Below, in pieces: positions 21,477 through 32,100 of a DNA stretch of 64,000 nucleotides. Origin of the DNA: Vulcanimicrobiota bacterium (GTDB lineage: Bacteria > Vulcanimicrobiota > Vulcanimicrobiia > Vulcanimicrobiales > Vulcanimicrobiaceae); NCBI GenBank assembly GCA_963833095.1, contig CAWHWQ010000004.1, forward strand, positions 192,001 through 256,000, in the 5' to 3' direction. Below the pieces are notes generated by a model that saw only the letters and a program-made list of their open reading frames with translations, made no database searches and was not told the origin of the DNA. Within the stretch, counting starts at the first letter, position 1; each line of letters starts with the position of its first letter. A program made the position numbers and the translations under genes.

Positions 21477-23435
21477 GTGCTTAAGGTGAGATGCTTTGCG
21501 ACGTCCGCTACCATCGGGATGTTAACGACTCTAGCTATTTTCGCTCCCGCAACGTCTTCGGCTGCGGATTTGTTTTCCGGACAAGTCCAAATCGGCCACG
21601 CTCCGATCCCAGGTGCGACCGTCACACTGTGGTCGGCGGGCACCGGCGCGCCGATGAAACTCGACGAGACGCGATCCGACGCAAACGGCCGCTTTAGCAT
21701 CCGCAGCTTTTTTCACGGCGATCAGAAGAACTTCGATCTCTATCTGATCGCGAAGGGCGCGCGACCCGGGCTCGTGCTGGCGACCGTCCTTGGAAATCGC
21801 GCACCGCACACCGTCGTCATCAACGAGCTTACGACCGTTGCCTCGGCGTTTACCAACGCACAGTTTTATCACGGTGATGCGATCTCCGGCAATCAACTCG
21901 GGCTTCAAATCGCCGCCGGAAATGTGCCCAATCTCGTGAATCCCTCCACGGGCACTTGGGGCAAGGTGCTCTTGGATCCGCTCAACAGCACGCAAACCGC
22001 AACGCTCGCGACATTGGATACACTGGGTTCACTGATCACCGCCTATGCAACAACCGCCGACGACACGTGGCGAGGCAGCTTCCTGAAATCCTCGGCCGAC
22101 ACGCTCCAAGCGATGAGCGCTATCGCGCGCACGTCGTGGAGCGACCCCAAAGGGCTGTTCGCACTCTTCGATCAGGCGTATCCTCAACCCAAGGACGGCT
22201 CGCGCCGCGCGGCGCCGTTCGTTCCGTATCTTGCCTGGGCGCCGCCCGACTTCGCGCTGAGCCTATGCTTTGCAGGCGGTGGAACGTATTCTGCCGGCCG
22301 GCTGATGTTCGACGCAAACGGCAACCTCTGGAGCGGTCAAAACTGGATGGCCGGCTCACAGTCCGGCGTTATTCAAAGCATCGGCGGCGGCGTGGTAAAG
22401 ATGGCGCCCAACGGAACCGCGCTCTCGCCGGCGATCACCGGATTCACCGGCATGGGCGTCGATGGCGTTGGATGGGGAACCGGCGTCACGCGCAGCAACG
22501 TCTGGGCAACCAGTTTCGACGGCAAGATCTTGATCATGGATTTCAACGGGCGGCCGGTGGCTAAAGAGAGCGATTTGCCGTTCAAGCAAAAGCTGCTCGG
22601 TTTGATGGGCGTTGGTATTGCGACCAACGGCGATGTCTGGATCGCCGACGGGTCCGACAATCAGCTCCTGTACTTTCCGGGGGGTCGAATCAAGAATGGC
22701 CGCATCGTCAAAGTCGCGGGGCTTAAATCGCCATTCGATATCGTCATCGACAATCAGAATCGCGTCTGGGTCAGCAACTCGCAGTCGTATACCGTCCTGC
22801 GCTTTCCGGCGAACGATCCTTCTAAGGTCGAGACCTTTAAGGTGGGAATCAGCGTACGAGCGCTTGCACTAGACACGCAAGGCAACGTGTGGGTCGCGAG
22901 CAACGCGTCGCTCGACTTCCCCGTTCCAACGATACCCGATGGCGCATCCATCATGGAGCAATTCCGTCTTCTGGGTGCAGCCGCGCTGCGCTACAACAAA
23001 CCGACCGGCTTCGTGAGCATGATCCGTCCCGACGGCACGCAGCCCAATCCCGAAGGCTTTACGGGAGGCGGCGTTATCAACATCCCCTGGGGCTTAAATA
23101 TCGACGGCAACGGTGACGTGTGGGTCGGCAACTTCAAAGGACGCAGCGTCGTGTTGATGGCGGGCGCAACGCCGAAGGGACATGCGGCCGGTGCCAAGAC
23201 CGGCGACGTTCTCCACGTGTTCAGCGGTGGCAGTATCCAAATGATCACGGATGTGTCGATCGATCCCGCAGGCAATGTGTGGGTCGCGAACAACTGGAAC
23301 GCGCCGGAAGGCGCGGGTGGGAATCCGCCGCCCTTTCCGGTTTCAACGTGGGGAGGCGGCTCAGGTATTACCGTCATCTACGGCGCAGCGGCGCCGGTGA
23401 AATCACCGCGAATGGGTCCGGTGCGACCGTATTAG
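21477..23435 (+). CDS. Secreted NHL-repeat/beta-propeller protein (start uncertain)
   Basis: Repeated DxxGNVWV motifs, VVINELTTVAS, hydrophobic N-terminus. Confidence 0.85.
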   Translation: MLKVRCFATSATIGMLTTLAIFAPATSSAADLFSGQVQIGHAPIPGATVTLWSAGTGAPMKLDETRSDANGRFSIRSFFHGDQKNFDLYLIAKGARPGLVLATVLGNRAPHTVVINELTTVASAFTNAQFYHGDAISGNQLGLQIAAGNVPNLVNPSTGTWGKVLLDPLNSTQTATLATLDTLGSLITAYATTADDTWRGSFLKSSADTLQAMSAIARTSWSDPKGLFALFDQAYPQPKDGSRRAAPFVPYLAWAPPDFALSLCFAGGGTYSAGRLMFDANGNLWSGQNWMAGSQSGVIQSIGGGVVKMAPNGTALSPAITGFTGMGVDGVGWGTGVTRSNVWATSFDGKILIMDFNGRPVAKESDLPFKQKLLGLMGVGIATNGDVWIADGSDNQLLYFPGGRIKNGRIVKVAGLKSPFDIVIDNQNRVWVSNSQSYTVLRFPANDPSKVETFKVGISVRALALDTQGNVWVASNASLDFPVPTIPDGASIMEQFRLLGAAALRYNKPTGFVSMIRPDGTQPNPEGFTGGGVINIPWGLNIDGNGDVWVGNFKGRSVVLMAGATPKGHAAGAKTGDVLHVFSGGSIQMITDVSIDPAGNVWVANNWNAPEGAGGNPPPFPVSTWGGGSGITVIYGAAAPVKSPRMGPVRPY

Positions 23436-23528
23436 CGTGCGCATCGTGATCGTCGTCGCGACCATGCGCTCATTGCTACGGTAACTGCGCGCTGGGCGAG
23501 AATCCGCCCTGCTTTCTCTTCTATTACA

Positions 23529-23990
23529 CTAGCTGGGTTGGTCGAAGAAGCCCGGTTTGCTTTGCCCGACTTCGATGATGTACCCATCGGGATCGCGGAT
23601 GTAGCAGCGCGTCTCGCCGTACTTATCGAGCGGCTCGGTGAGAAACGTCGCGCCGCGGCTGCGCCACAATTCGTAGCACGCCGCGATGTCCGCAACGCGA
23701 AGATTCATGAAGCTGCTGATCACATGTGGGTTGGGAGTCTGGAGCGTTACGCCCGGTTTGTCCGGCGTCGGACCGCCTCCCGGGTTAAAGATGAGCCACG
23801 TGTTCGCGATTTGAACGTAGGCTGGGTCGTCGGGTCCTCTTAGGCTTTTGCGCGTAACTTTTGCGCCGAAAACCGTTTGATAGAATTGCACCGAGCGCTC
23901 GACGTCGGTGACGGTGAGAAAGAGCGCGGCGGTAAACCCCACTTGCGGTGGTATCGTATAGTCGATCTGCGCGACCTGGACTTCATCCAT
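23529..23990 (-). CDS. VOC/glyoxalase family protein
   Basis: LTVTDVERSVQFY..GGGPTPDKP..ETRCYIRDPDGYIIEVGQ. Confidence 0.9.
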   Translation of the reverse strand: MDEVQVAQIDYTIPPQVGFTAALFLTVTDVERSVQFYQTVFGAKVTRKSLRGPDDPAYVQIANTWLIFNPGGGPTPDKPGVTLQTPNPHVISSFMNLRVADIAACYELWRSRGATFLTEPLDKYGETRCYIRDPDGYIIEVGQSKPGFFDQPS

Positions 23991-24851
23991 ACTTGAACCC
24001 CGATTTGCTTTGGCCGACTTCGATGATGTAGCCGTCAGGGTCGCGGATATAGCAACGCGTCTCGCCGTACTTGTCAGAGGTTCGGTCAGAAACGTTGCGC
24101 CGCGGCTCTTCCAGAGCTCGTAGCATGGCCTGAATATCGGCAACGCGAATATTCAAGAAACTGCTGAACTCGTTGAGGGTGGGTGGGGTTCGCAGCGTTA
24201 CCGTCGGTTTATCGGGTGTCGGGCCACCGCCAACGTTGAGAATCATCCACGTATTGGCAATCCGAATGTACGGTGGCTCACCTCCCTGGTCGCCCATGCT
24301 CACGATTTCTCCGCCGAAGACCGTCGCGTAGAAGTTGGCGGATCGCGCTTGGGGTCGGCCACGGTGAGAAATTGCGCGATCGTCAAATCTTCGCCCGACG
24401 GCACTTCCCTGTACCCGGGCGTGCTTTGCCCGACTTCGATGATGTAACCGTCAGGATCGCGGATGTAGCAGCGCGTTTCGCCGTACTTCTCGATCGGTTC
24501 GGTGAGAAAGGTTGCGCCGCGGCTCTTCCAGAGCGTGTAGCACTTCGCAATATCCGCCACGCGGATATTCATGAAACTGCTGAACACGTTGGGGTCAGGC
24601 GGGGTTCGCAGCGTCACCGTCGGTTTGTCGGGTGTCGGGCCGCCGCCAACGTTGAGAATCATCCAGATGTTGGCGATCTTGATGTAGGGCGGGGCATTCC
24701 CGTCGCCCATGCTCACGATTTCTCCGCCGAAGACCGTTGCGTAGTATTTCGCCGAGCGCTCGAGGTCGGACACGGTGAGAAACTGCGCAATGGTGATCCC
24801 CTCGCGGGGTGGCATCTCAAAGGTCTTCTGATCGACTTGTACTTCGTCCAT
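23983..24851 (-). CDS. Double-VOC-domain protein (frameshifts near 24340, 24125, 24075)
   Basis: Two near-identical VOC modules, each with GGGPTPDKPTVTLRTPP and ETRCYIRDPDGYIIEVGQS. Confidence 0.8.
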
Positions 24852-24916
24852 GCCCCCATCCTAGCACTACGATTTACGAGCGCAATAGGTACTAAAAGTG
24901 TGCTATTTTGGAGTCT

Positions 24917-25510
24917 ATGATTCGGCGGCTCCGCAGGCGCGATTTGCCCATCGATACGATCGAGCTTGCCCGCTTCCTGATCGGCAAAATGCTGGTGCAC
25001 GATCTTCACGGGCAGCGAACCAGCGGCCGCATCGTGGAAACCGAAGCGTATCCGGTCGGCGATGCGGCCGGGCATGCGTTCGGCGGCAAAACGAAAAGGA
25101 ACGCGTCGCTCTACCTGTCGCCCGGTCACGCCTATGTGTACTTCGTCTATGGCATGTATTATTGCATGAACGTTTCGAGCGAACGCACCGGCGTCGGTGC
25201 CGGCGTGTTGATTCGCGCGCTCGAGCCGATCGACGGAATCGACCTGATGAAGGAGCGTCGCAGCGCGTCGTCACCGCGCGATCTTGCGCGTGGGCCGGGC
25301 CGTCTCACCCTCGCAATGGCAATCGATTTGCAGTACGATGGGGTGGATTTGTGCACGGATCGCGGACTGTGGCTTGGCGTGTCTGATGCCGAATATCGCG
25401 GCGTCGTGTCAGCGACGACGCGAATCGGCCTCAGCCGCGAGCAACACCAGCCTTGGCGCTTCTATGAGCACGGCAGCACGTTCGTCAGCGGACGACTACC
25501 CCGAGAGTAG
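24917..25510 (+). CDS. mpg: DNA-3-methyladenine glycosylase (MPG/AAG family)
   Basis: [45 protein letters not shown]. Confidence 0.93.
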   Translation: MIRRLRRRDLPIDTIELARFLIGKMLVHDLHGQRTSGRIVETEAYPVGDAAGHAFGGKTKRNASLYLSPGHAYVYFVYGMYYCMNVSSERTGVGAGVLIRALEPIDGIDLMKERRSASSPRDLARGPGRLTLAMAIDLQYDGVDLCTDRGLWLGVSDAEYRGVVSATTRIGLSREQHQPWRFYEHGSTFVSGRLPRE

Positions 25511-27543
25511 AGGTCTTCGATCCTGACTGGAAGGTCGCGCACGCGCACGCCGGTCGCATGATACACGGCGGCAGTAATCGCGGGCGCGACGCCCGCCAAG
25601 CCGATCTCGCCGAGGCCGCGAGCGCCAAGCGCATTGAGCTCGTAGTCGGGATAATCCAGAAAGGTCACGTCCATCGCGGGGTGATCCGCATTCGACGCAA
25701 CCACGTAGTCGGCCAAGTTGCGATTGAGCGGCGCCGCGCTTTGCGGATCGTACCGCGTCTCTTCAAACAACGCCATGCCGACGCCAAAAACGACCGACCC
25801 TTCGATTTGGTTACGCGCCGTCATTGGGTTGATGATCCTGCCGGCATCGATCACGGTGACGGTGCGTCGCACGCGCAAACGCGCGATCTCGGGCTGCCAG
25901 GTGACTTCGACGAACTGCGCGCCGAAGCTATGGCTCGATTTCTTCGGCGTGGCGGTGTCGAGATACGTCCCGGTCGATCGGCCGATCCCGACGCCGTTTT
26001 TCAACGCTTCCGTACACGCCATAATCGTCGCGGGGATGAGCGATGCGGTCGCCATGGAGCCGCCGGACATGGGGCCGGGCGGCAGCGATGAATCGCCGAT
26101 TGAAACCGTAATCCGCTCGATTGGCATTCCCAACGCGTCGCTCGCGATCTGCGCGAGCATCGTGTAGGTTCCGGTACCGATGTCTTGGGTCGCACACAAG
26201 AGGCGCGCGCTGTCATGCTGCAGCTCCACGCGCACCTCGCAGTCCAGGCTGTCGGCGATGTATGAACAGCCCGCCATGCCCCAGCCGACGATCATGCCAT
26301 CTTTGCGCATCGAGCCGACCGCGGGTGTGCGTTGCTCCCACCCGAACTTCTTCGCACCCACGTCGTAGCACTCGGCGACGTGACACGACGTGAACGGGAT
26401 GTCGAGGCCTTCGTCATGTTGGGGCGCGCTGCGCAAGCGCAACGCGACGGGATCCATTTTCAACAGCACGGCCAGCTCGTCGAGAGCCGACTCGGTTGCA
26501 AAGAGTCCGGGAGCTGCGCCCGGGGCGCGCATCGAAGTCGGCGCGCCCACATTGCGCTTGGCAATGCCGCTGCTAATGCGCAGATTCGACGTACTGTAGA
26601 AGTAGGGCGTGGCCTCCCAACAGTACTCGTCGTAGTCGCCGAGCATGTTGCTGTGGTTGGTGTAGTCGTGTTGCAGCGACGTCAGATCGCCGTCTGCGGT
26701 GGCGCTCACACGCATGCGCTGCACGGTGACCGGGCGGTGCCCCACGTTCATGAACATCTGCTCGCGCGCGATGACCACTTTCACGGGTTGACCGAGATTT
26801 CGCGCGGCTGCCGCGGCGAGCGGTGAATGCGTCCACGGCCACAATTTTCCGCCGAATCCCGCACCCAGGTAACGCGTGATCACGCGGACCTTCTCGACTG
26901 GAATCCCGAGCATCTGCGCCAGCACGCCGCGGTGATTTACCACCGCCATGGAGGTCTCGTGAAGCGTAACCGCGTCACCGTCCCACCTAGCAACCGTCGC
27001 GTGCAACTCCATCGGATTGTGCGTCTCGACCGGCGTGCTGTAGGTGGCGTCGAGTTTGAACTCTGCCTGTGCGAATGCTTTGTCGGGATCACCGCGCTGG
27101 CTCACGATTTTGCGCTCGCCTTGCGCGACGGTGATCGGAGCCGTCAGCGCCACGTCGGGCGCGTAGCTAATCCGGAGGTGGGCTGCGCCTTCGGCCGCTG
27201 ACTCGAGCGTCTTTGCGACCACGAGCGCGACGTACTGTCCGTAGTACGCAATCTGGTCATCCACCAGCGGTGCGCGCGTCTCGTCGGCGTACGCGACGCC
27301 CGGCGCCAGTGGCGCTGTCAGCGAATGAAGAGCGCCGATGTTGGTATGATCGTACACGGCGACGACGCCCGGCACCGCAAGCGCAGCTTCGGCATCGACG
27401 CGCAGCACCTTACCTGCAGCGATCGTGCTGCCAACCGGCACGCCGTAGAGCATCCCGTTTTCGATGCGATCCGAGGCATAGTCGGCCGCGCCGGTTACTT
27501 TGAGCCGCCCTTCGATCCGGCGGATCGGTGTTCCCACGCTCAT
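25462..27543 (-). CDS. Xanthine dehydrogenase family molybdopterin-binding subunit
   Basis: [56 protein letters not shown]. Confidence 0.93.
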   Translation of the reverse strand: MSVGTPIRRIEGRLKVTGAADYASDRIENGMLYGVPVGSTIAAGKVLRVDAEAALAVPGVVAVYDHTNIGALHSLTAPLAPGVAYADETRAPLVDDQIAYYGQYVALVVAKTLESAAEGAAHLRISYAPDVALTAPITVAQGERKIVSQRGDPDKAFAQAEFKLDATYSTPVETHNPMELHATVARWDGDAVTLHETSMAVVNHRGVLAQMLGIPVEKVRVITRYLGAGFGGKLWPWTHSPLAAAAARNLGQPVKVVIAREQMFMNVGHRPVTVQRMRVSATADGDLTSLQHDYTNHSNMLGDYDEYCWEATPYFYSTSNLRISSGIAKRNVGAPTSMRAPGAAPGLFATESALDELAVLLKMDPVALRLRSAPQHDEGLDIPFTSCHVAECYDVGAKKFGWEQRTPAVGSMRKDGMIVGWGMAGCSYIADSLDCEVRVELQHDSARLLCATQDIGTGTYTMLAQIASDALGMPIERITVSIGDSSLPPGPMSGGSMATASLIPATIMACTEALKNGVGIGRSTGTYLDTATPKKSSHSFGAQFVEVTWQPEIARLRVRRTVTVIDAGRIINPMTARNQIEGSVVFGVGMALFEETRYDPQSAAPLNRNLADYVVASNADHPAMDVTFLDYPDYELNALGARGLGEIGLAGVAPAITAAVYHATGVRVRDLPVRIEDLYSRGSRPLTNVLPCS

Positions 27544-27577
27544 GACGTCACCTCATGTCACAACCACTTCTACGCGG

Positions 27578-28423
27578 TCACGGAACGATGGCGTAAACGC
27601 CGAGCGCGCCTACGCCCTGGTGCGTGGCAATCGTCAGCGAGGCTTCGCGCATGTATTCCTGCGCCGGCGCGTGACCCAGTTTTGTTTCGAACATTTTTTT
27701 GAGCGCTGTTGCCGCTTCTTCAGCCTGCGTGTGACCGAATGAAACGCGAACGTTTGGCGCGTGCCCAATCGCGCGAACGACCGCCTCGACCATCAGCTCG
27801 CACGTCTTCTCGAACGAAAAGCTCTGACCCGCCGGTACGATTACGCCATCTTCGCTAAACTTGAGCACCAACCGCACGTTTGTCAGCGAGCCGAGCGCAA
27901 CAACTGCAGCCGGCAGCCGGCCGCTGCGCCCGAGCGTCGCAAGATCGTGCATCGCAAAATACGCCGCGCTGTTGAGAGCCTTCGGGTCCACGCGCTTGGC
28001 AATCTCGGCCAGAGAGGTACCGCCCTTGGCAAGCTCGACGGCGTAGAGCGCGAGCAGCGTCTGAGCACCCGCCGAACCCTGCGAGTCAACCACGCGCACG
28101 CGAGCGTCGAACGCTTTTGCCGCAGCGAGCGCATTTGCGTAGCTCTGCGAAATCTTTGACGAGAGCACGATCGCCACGACGTCGTCTCCGGCGTCGATCG
28201 CTTTGGCGAAGATTTCCTGAAATTGCGCCTGAGACGGGGATTCGGTCTTGGGAATCTCGCCCGCCCCAACGCGGCGAAAAAAGGTCGCGCGATCGATGTC
28301 AATGCCGTCGCGAAAACGGTCATCTCCCAGCAATACCCACACGGGCACGATCTCGATTCCCAGGCTCGTTGCCTCGGCGCGGGAGAGATCGCTACCACTA
28401 TCGGTGACAACCGTAACGCCCAC
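27578..28423 (-). CDS. DegV family fatty-acid-binding protein
   Basis: VVTDSGSDL, PKTES, LSSKISQSY, VVDS, LGRSGR, ATHQGVGA. Confidence 0.9.
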   Translation of the reverse strand: MGVTVVTDSGSDLSRAEATSLGIEIVPVWVLLGDDRFRDGIDIDRATFFRRVGAGEIPKTESPSQAQFQEIFAKAIDAGDDVVAIVLSSKISQSYANALAAAKAFDARVRVVDSQGSAGAQTLLALYAVELAKGGTSLAEIAKRVDPKALNSAAYFAMHDLATLGRSGRLPAAVVALGSLTNVRLVLKFSEDGVIVPAGQSFSFEKTCELMVEAVVRAIGHAPNVRVSFGHTQAEEAATALKKMFETKLGHAPAQEYMREASLTIATHQGVGALGVYAIVP

Positions 28424-28508
28424 GATTCGTTAGATCCTCGAACCTCCATCGAACGCTGTCCTAGACGACCGCCGCCGGGCCCAGTCTGCCCGCGCTATCC
28501 TCAAATGC

Positions 28509-28949
28509 ATGCGTACAATAGGTTGCCTCGCAACCCTTCTCCTTTGCCTCGCCACAGCAGTGCCGTGTCTTGCTACCGGCACTTTTCGCGTCCAGGAGAG
28601 CAACGGGCCCGTGCGCGTTTATAAGGACGTCTCGATTAAGGTCGTCCACCAAACGCTGCGCGTCACGTCCGCCGACGGCGAAGCGACCTTCGTTATCAAT
28701 CACGCGGCCTGCGCCTACGATGGCTATCTCGAGCGCTGTACTCCCATCAAAATGAGCCTCGAGCGAGACGGTACCACAAGATCGATCGATTTCACCGGCG
28801 GAACGATCTACGTCAACCCGACCCGCAGCACGCAGCAGCTCACACACTCGTCGACGCAGTTGCCGCCGCATGGCATCCTCTTCTCCATCCGTACGAAGAT
28901 CGGCGCCTTCGTGTCGCTGAGCGGACAGATCGATGGGTTAGTGCGCTAG
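28509..28949 (+). CDS. Secreted hypothetical protein
   Basis: Signal peptide; abuts the next ATG. Confidence 0.75.
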   Translation: MRTIGCLATLLLCLATAVPCLATGTFRVQESNGPVRVYKDVSIKVVHQTLRVTSADGEATFVINHAACAYDGYLERCTPIKMSLERDGTTRSIDFTGGTIYVNPTRSTQQLTHSSTQLPPHGILFSIRTKIGAFVSLSGQIDGLVR

Positions 28950-29858
28950 ATGCTGCACGGGCTACTGCTGGCAGTAGCGCTGCTGGCTTCGGGAACACCA
29001 ACGCCGGCGCCCTCGGCACAGCCCTTCGACCTTAGCAAACTGACGCCGCAACAGCAGGCGGCCGTCCAAGCCGCGATCGTGAAACTCTCGCAAAATCCGG
29101 TCGGAAATATCGCCGCGATTCCGTTCCAAAACAACTTCAATTTCGGCGTTGGTCCGTACGCGCGCTTTCAATATAATCTCAACGTGCAGCCGGTGATCCC
29201 CGTGGCCCTGGGTACGAGCGCGAACCTCATCCTGCGCACGATCATCCCCGTCTTGGTCCAGCCGTCGTTTGCGTCACCGGCGACCTGCGGCCGGACCGAA
29301 GTCTGCGCATCGACGTCGGGCGTCGGCGACATTCAAGAGCAAACGTTCTATGCGCCAAAAACCAAGCCGGGCGAACTGGTGTGGGGCGCGGGGCCCGTGT
29401 TTCAAATCCCAAGCGCGACGCCGGGAACACTGGGCGCCGGGAAGTGGGCGGCCGGTCCGGACCTGGTGCTCTTGGAGATGCCCGGTCGTACGGTGTTCGG
29501 AATCCTGATGACGCAAATTTGGTCCTTTGCCGGTCAGACCAATCGGCAAAACATCAGCGCTGCGCTGTTTCAGCCCTTCTTCAACTACAACCTCAAAAAC
29601 GGGTGGACGCTTTCGACCGCGCCGAGCATCACCGCGAACTGGGTCGCGGCCAAGAATAAATGGGCCGTTCCACTGGGCGCCGGCGTATCGAAAACGTTCA
29701 AAGCCGGCGATCAGGTGATGCAACTCTCCGCGCAATATTACAGCTACGTCGCGCGGCCGATCACCGCACCGCAAACCAACGTAAAAGTCTCATGGTCCCT
29801 CCTCTTCCCGATCAAACGCGGCATCGACATTGGCGAACTGATCAAGGAGAACATGTAA
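28950..29858 (+). CDS. Putative outer-membrane beta-barrel protein
   Basis: Signal peptide, SQNPV..PFQNNFN, LNVQPVIP, WGAGP, QPFFNYN, alternating strands ending LLFP. Confidence 0.7.
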   Translation: MLHGLLLAVALLASGTPTPAPSAQPFDLSKLTPQQQAAVQAAIVKLSQNPVGNIAAIPFQNNFNFGVGPYARFQYNLNVQPVIPVALGTSANLILRTIIPVLVQPSFASPATCGRTEVCASTSGVGDIQEQTFYAPKTKPGELVWGAGPVFQIPSATPGTLGAGKWAAGPDLVLLEMPGRTVFGILMTQIWSFAGQTNRQNISAALFQPFFNYNLKNGWTLSTAPSITANWVAAKNKWAVPLGAGVSKTFKAGDQVMQLSAQYYSYVARPITAPQTNVKVSWSLLFPIKRGIDIGELIKENM

Positions 29859-29859
29859 C

Positions 29860-30699
29860 ATGACGCCGGAAAAACTCGCGGTTGTCGTCTTTCTGATCTG
29901 TTTCATGCTAGTGGCCGGCTTGCAATGCGACTTCGCCGAGCTGCGTGAAGCATTTCAAAGTCCGATGCGCTTGCTGCGGATCTTCGCGGCGAATTTCGTG
30001 CTCGTTCCGATCATCGGCGTGATCGTCGTCCGGTTGTTTGCGCTCGACATCTATGTCGCGACCGGCATTCTGCTCATGGCGATCTCTCCCGGCGTTCCCT
30101 TTCTCCCGTTGATTGCCGGATCGGGCAAGGGCGGAAGTGCCGGCCTTGCAACTGGCCTCGCCGTGATCTTGCCGGCCGTCTCGATCATCACCGTTCCCAT
30201 CACCGCGCCACTGGTGCTTCCCGCCGACGCGGCTGCGCACATCACCCTCGCCTCATTCATTGCAAGCCTCCTGCTGGTCCAGTTGCTGCCGCTGTGCGTT
30301 GGTCTCGTTATCCGGGCGCGCTTCGGCAAGGTCGCCCCGATGCTCACCAAGCTCGTCGCGATTGTCCTCGCCGTCGCCGGCATCGTGGTGCTCTTCTACC
30401 TCGTTCCGCAAATGGGCAAAGCCTTTGCGGCCGTTTACGGATCGCGCGGCCTGATTGCGTCGCTCGTGATCATCGTGCTCTGCGCCGGCGTCGGTTTGCT
30501 CCTTGGCGGAAAGACGCCGGCGTACCGGGTCACCCTATCCATTTCCACGATCATGCGCAACGTTGGTCTAGCAACCCTCATCGCGACGCAGAATTTCCAC
30601 GGCACGGTCGCAGGAGCGGCCGTACTCGCGTATTTCGTCATGCAATTCATCTTTGCCAACCTGATCGGCATGTACTATAAACGAAGAGAGGCCAAATGA
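29860..30699 (+). CDS. Bile acid:sodium symporter family transporter
   Basis: ANFVLVP, AISPG.P, QLLPL..G, RNVGLA. Confidence 0.85.
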   Translation: MTPEKLAVVVFLICFMLVAGLQCDFAELREAFQSPMRLLRIFAANFVLVPIIGVIVVRLFALDIYVATGILLMAISPGVPFLPLIAGSGKGGSAGLATGLAVILPAVSIITVPITAPLVLPADAAAHITLASFIASLLLVQLLPLCVGLVIRARFGKVAPMLTKLVAIVLAVAGIVVLFYLVPQMGKAFAAVYGSRGLIASLVIIVLCAGVGLLLGGKTPAYRVTLSISTIMRNVGLATLIATQNFHGTVAGAAVLAYFVMQFIFANLIGMYYKRREAK

Positions 30700-31439
30700 C
30701 GCCGTTGATCTTTAGTCCGGAGTTCGGGCTGTTCACCCTTGGCACGATCGGGATCATCGATCTTATCGCCGCCACCACCAACGCGTTCAACGGAACGCTG
30801 CTCGCGCGCTCGCCCAGTCACTACAAGCATTTCACCATTGTCGGCGTAGCATTGCTGGGACTCGCGGGCGGTATCGGCGGCGGCACGTTGCGCGATATCC
30901 TCCTCAACGAAGTCCCCGCGCCGCTGGTCAACCCATGGTACATGTTCTTCTGCATCGCGGCGATCATAGTTGCGCTGTTGATCGCCTATAATGGCGGGCA
31001 AAAGTTCCGCGCCGGCCTGCTTTCGTTCATGACCGCATTTACGCTGCCATGGTATGCGATCGTCGGCGCCGACAAGGCGATGACGCACCACCTGGGATAC
31101 GGCGCGGCGATTCTGATCGGCGTCATCGGCACAACCGGCGGACGCTGGATCATCGATCTCTCCTGTATGAAGATTCCCCAACAATTGGTGCGCGGCGAAT
31201 TCTTTGTCGGGACGGCTGCAATGACCGCGCTGCTCTACGTCATTTTGCGCTTCTCGCTCGGCATGGATATCATTGTTGCGACCGCCATTGCGGTGCTGTT
31301 TGGTTTCGGCTTCCGCTTGCTCTCACTGTACATGGGCTGGGAAGAGTGGGAACCGTCGGAACCGGACGCGTTGCGGGCGGGCGAAAAAGAACACCACAGC
31401 CTGACCGTCGATATCCGCGAGGAATTTAGGGAAAGCTGA
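30696..31439 (+). CDS. TRIC cation channel / UPF0126 family membrane protein
   Basis: GIGGGTLRDILL and GTTGGRWIID duplicated motifs. Confidence 0.85.
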   Translation: MTPLIFSPEFGLFTLGTIGIIDLIAATTNAFNGTLLARSPSHYKHFTIVGVALLGLAGGIGGGTLRDILLNEVPAPLVNPWYMFFCIAAIIVALLIAYNGGQKFRAGLLSFMTAFTLPWYAIVGADKAMTHHLGYGAAILIGVIGTTGGRWIIDLSCMKIPQQLVRGEFFVGTAAMTALLYVILRFSLGMDIIVATAIAVLFGFGFRLLSLYMGWEEWEPSEPDALRAGEKEHHSLTVDIREEFRES

Positions 31440-31443
31440 GCCG

Positions 31444-31992
31444 CTACAACACTGCGTGCCGGATGATTTCGACGCCGACCGCGATGAAAAAGACGCCCAG
31501 CGCAACGTCGACGTAACGGCGGTATTGCGCGAGGTGCGCAACCTTGGGCGCCACAAACAGAATTGCCGTTGCGAGAGCTGAAAACACGACCGCGTAAATA
31601 AACCCCACGCCGCTCGCGCGCAGCGCGCCCAGCAATGCAAACAGCGGCACGTACATCGCAACGTTGTCGATTCCGGTAGCAAACACGATGGCCGCGATCG
31701 ATGCCGAGCGCGCGGTCGCGGTTTGCTTTCCAAACGCGGTGATCACTTTGCCCAGACCAATCGCCGCCGGCACGATCCCGAGCCATGCCACATTTCCGGC
31801 CGAGATCGTGTCCATGGCAAACGAAGCGATCAGGCAAGCGATTACCAAAAGCCCAAAGGCAATCGAGGCTTCGATGCTCGCGCGTAGCCAGCGCGCTGGA
31901 GAATTGACCGCCGCCTCGGCCGCTAAGCAGCTAAAACCATCGATATTCGTGAGAACAAAGGCCATAACGAGCACGAGCATCTGGTAGTCCAT
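31444..31992 (-). CDS. CadD-like (LysE superfamily) metal transporter
   Basis: FVLTNID and GIDNVAMYVPLF motifs. Confidence 0.75.
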   Translation of the reverse strand: MDYQMLVLVMAFVLTNIDGFSCLAAEAAVNSPARWLRASIEASIAFGLLVIACLIASFAMDTISAGNVAWLGIVPAAIGLGKVITAFGKQTATARSASIAAIVFATGIDNVAMYVPLFALLGALRASGVGFIYAVVFSALATAILFVAPKVAHLAQYRRYVDVALGVFFIAVGVEIIRHAVL

Positions 31993-32100
31993 GCTACCCA
32001 GATCAGCCTCGACGCGGCCAATGCTGTCCTAGACAGGCATCAGTATTGACGCCGGTTATCACCTATGCTCGAAGTCCAGGACAACCTGGACAGGTGTCTT

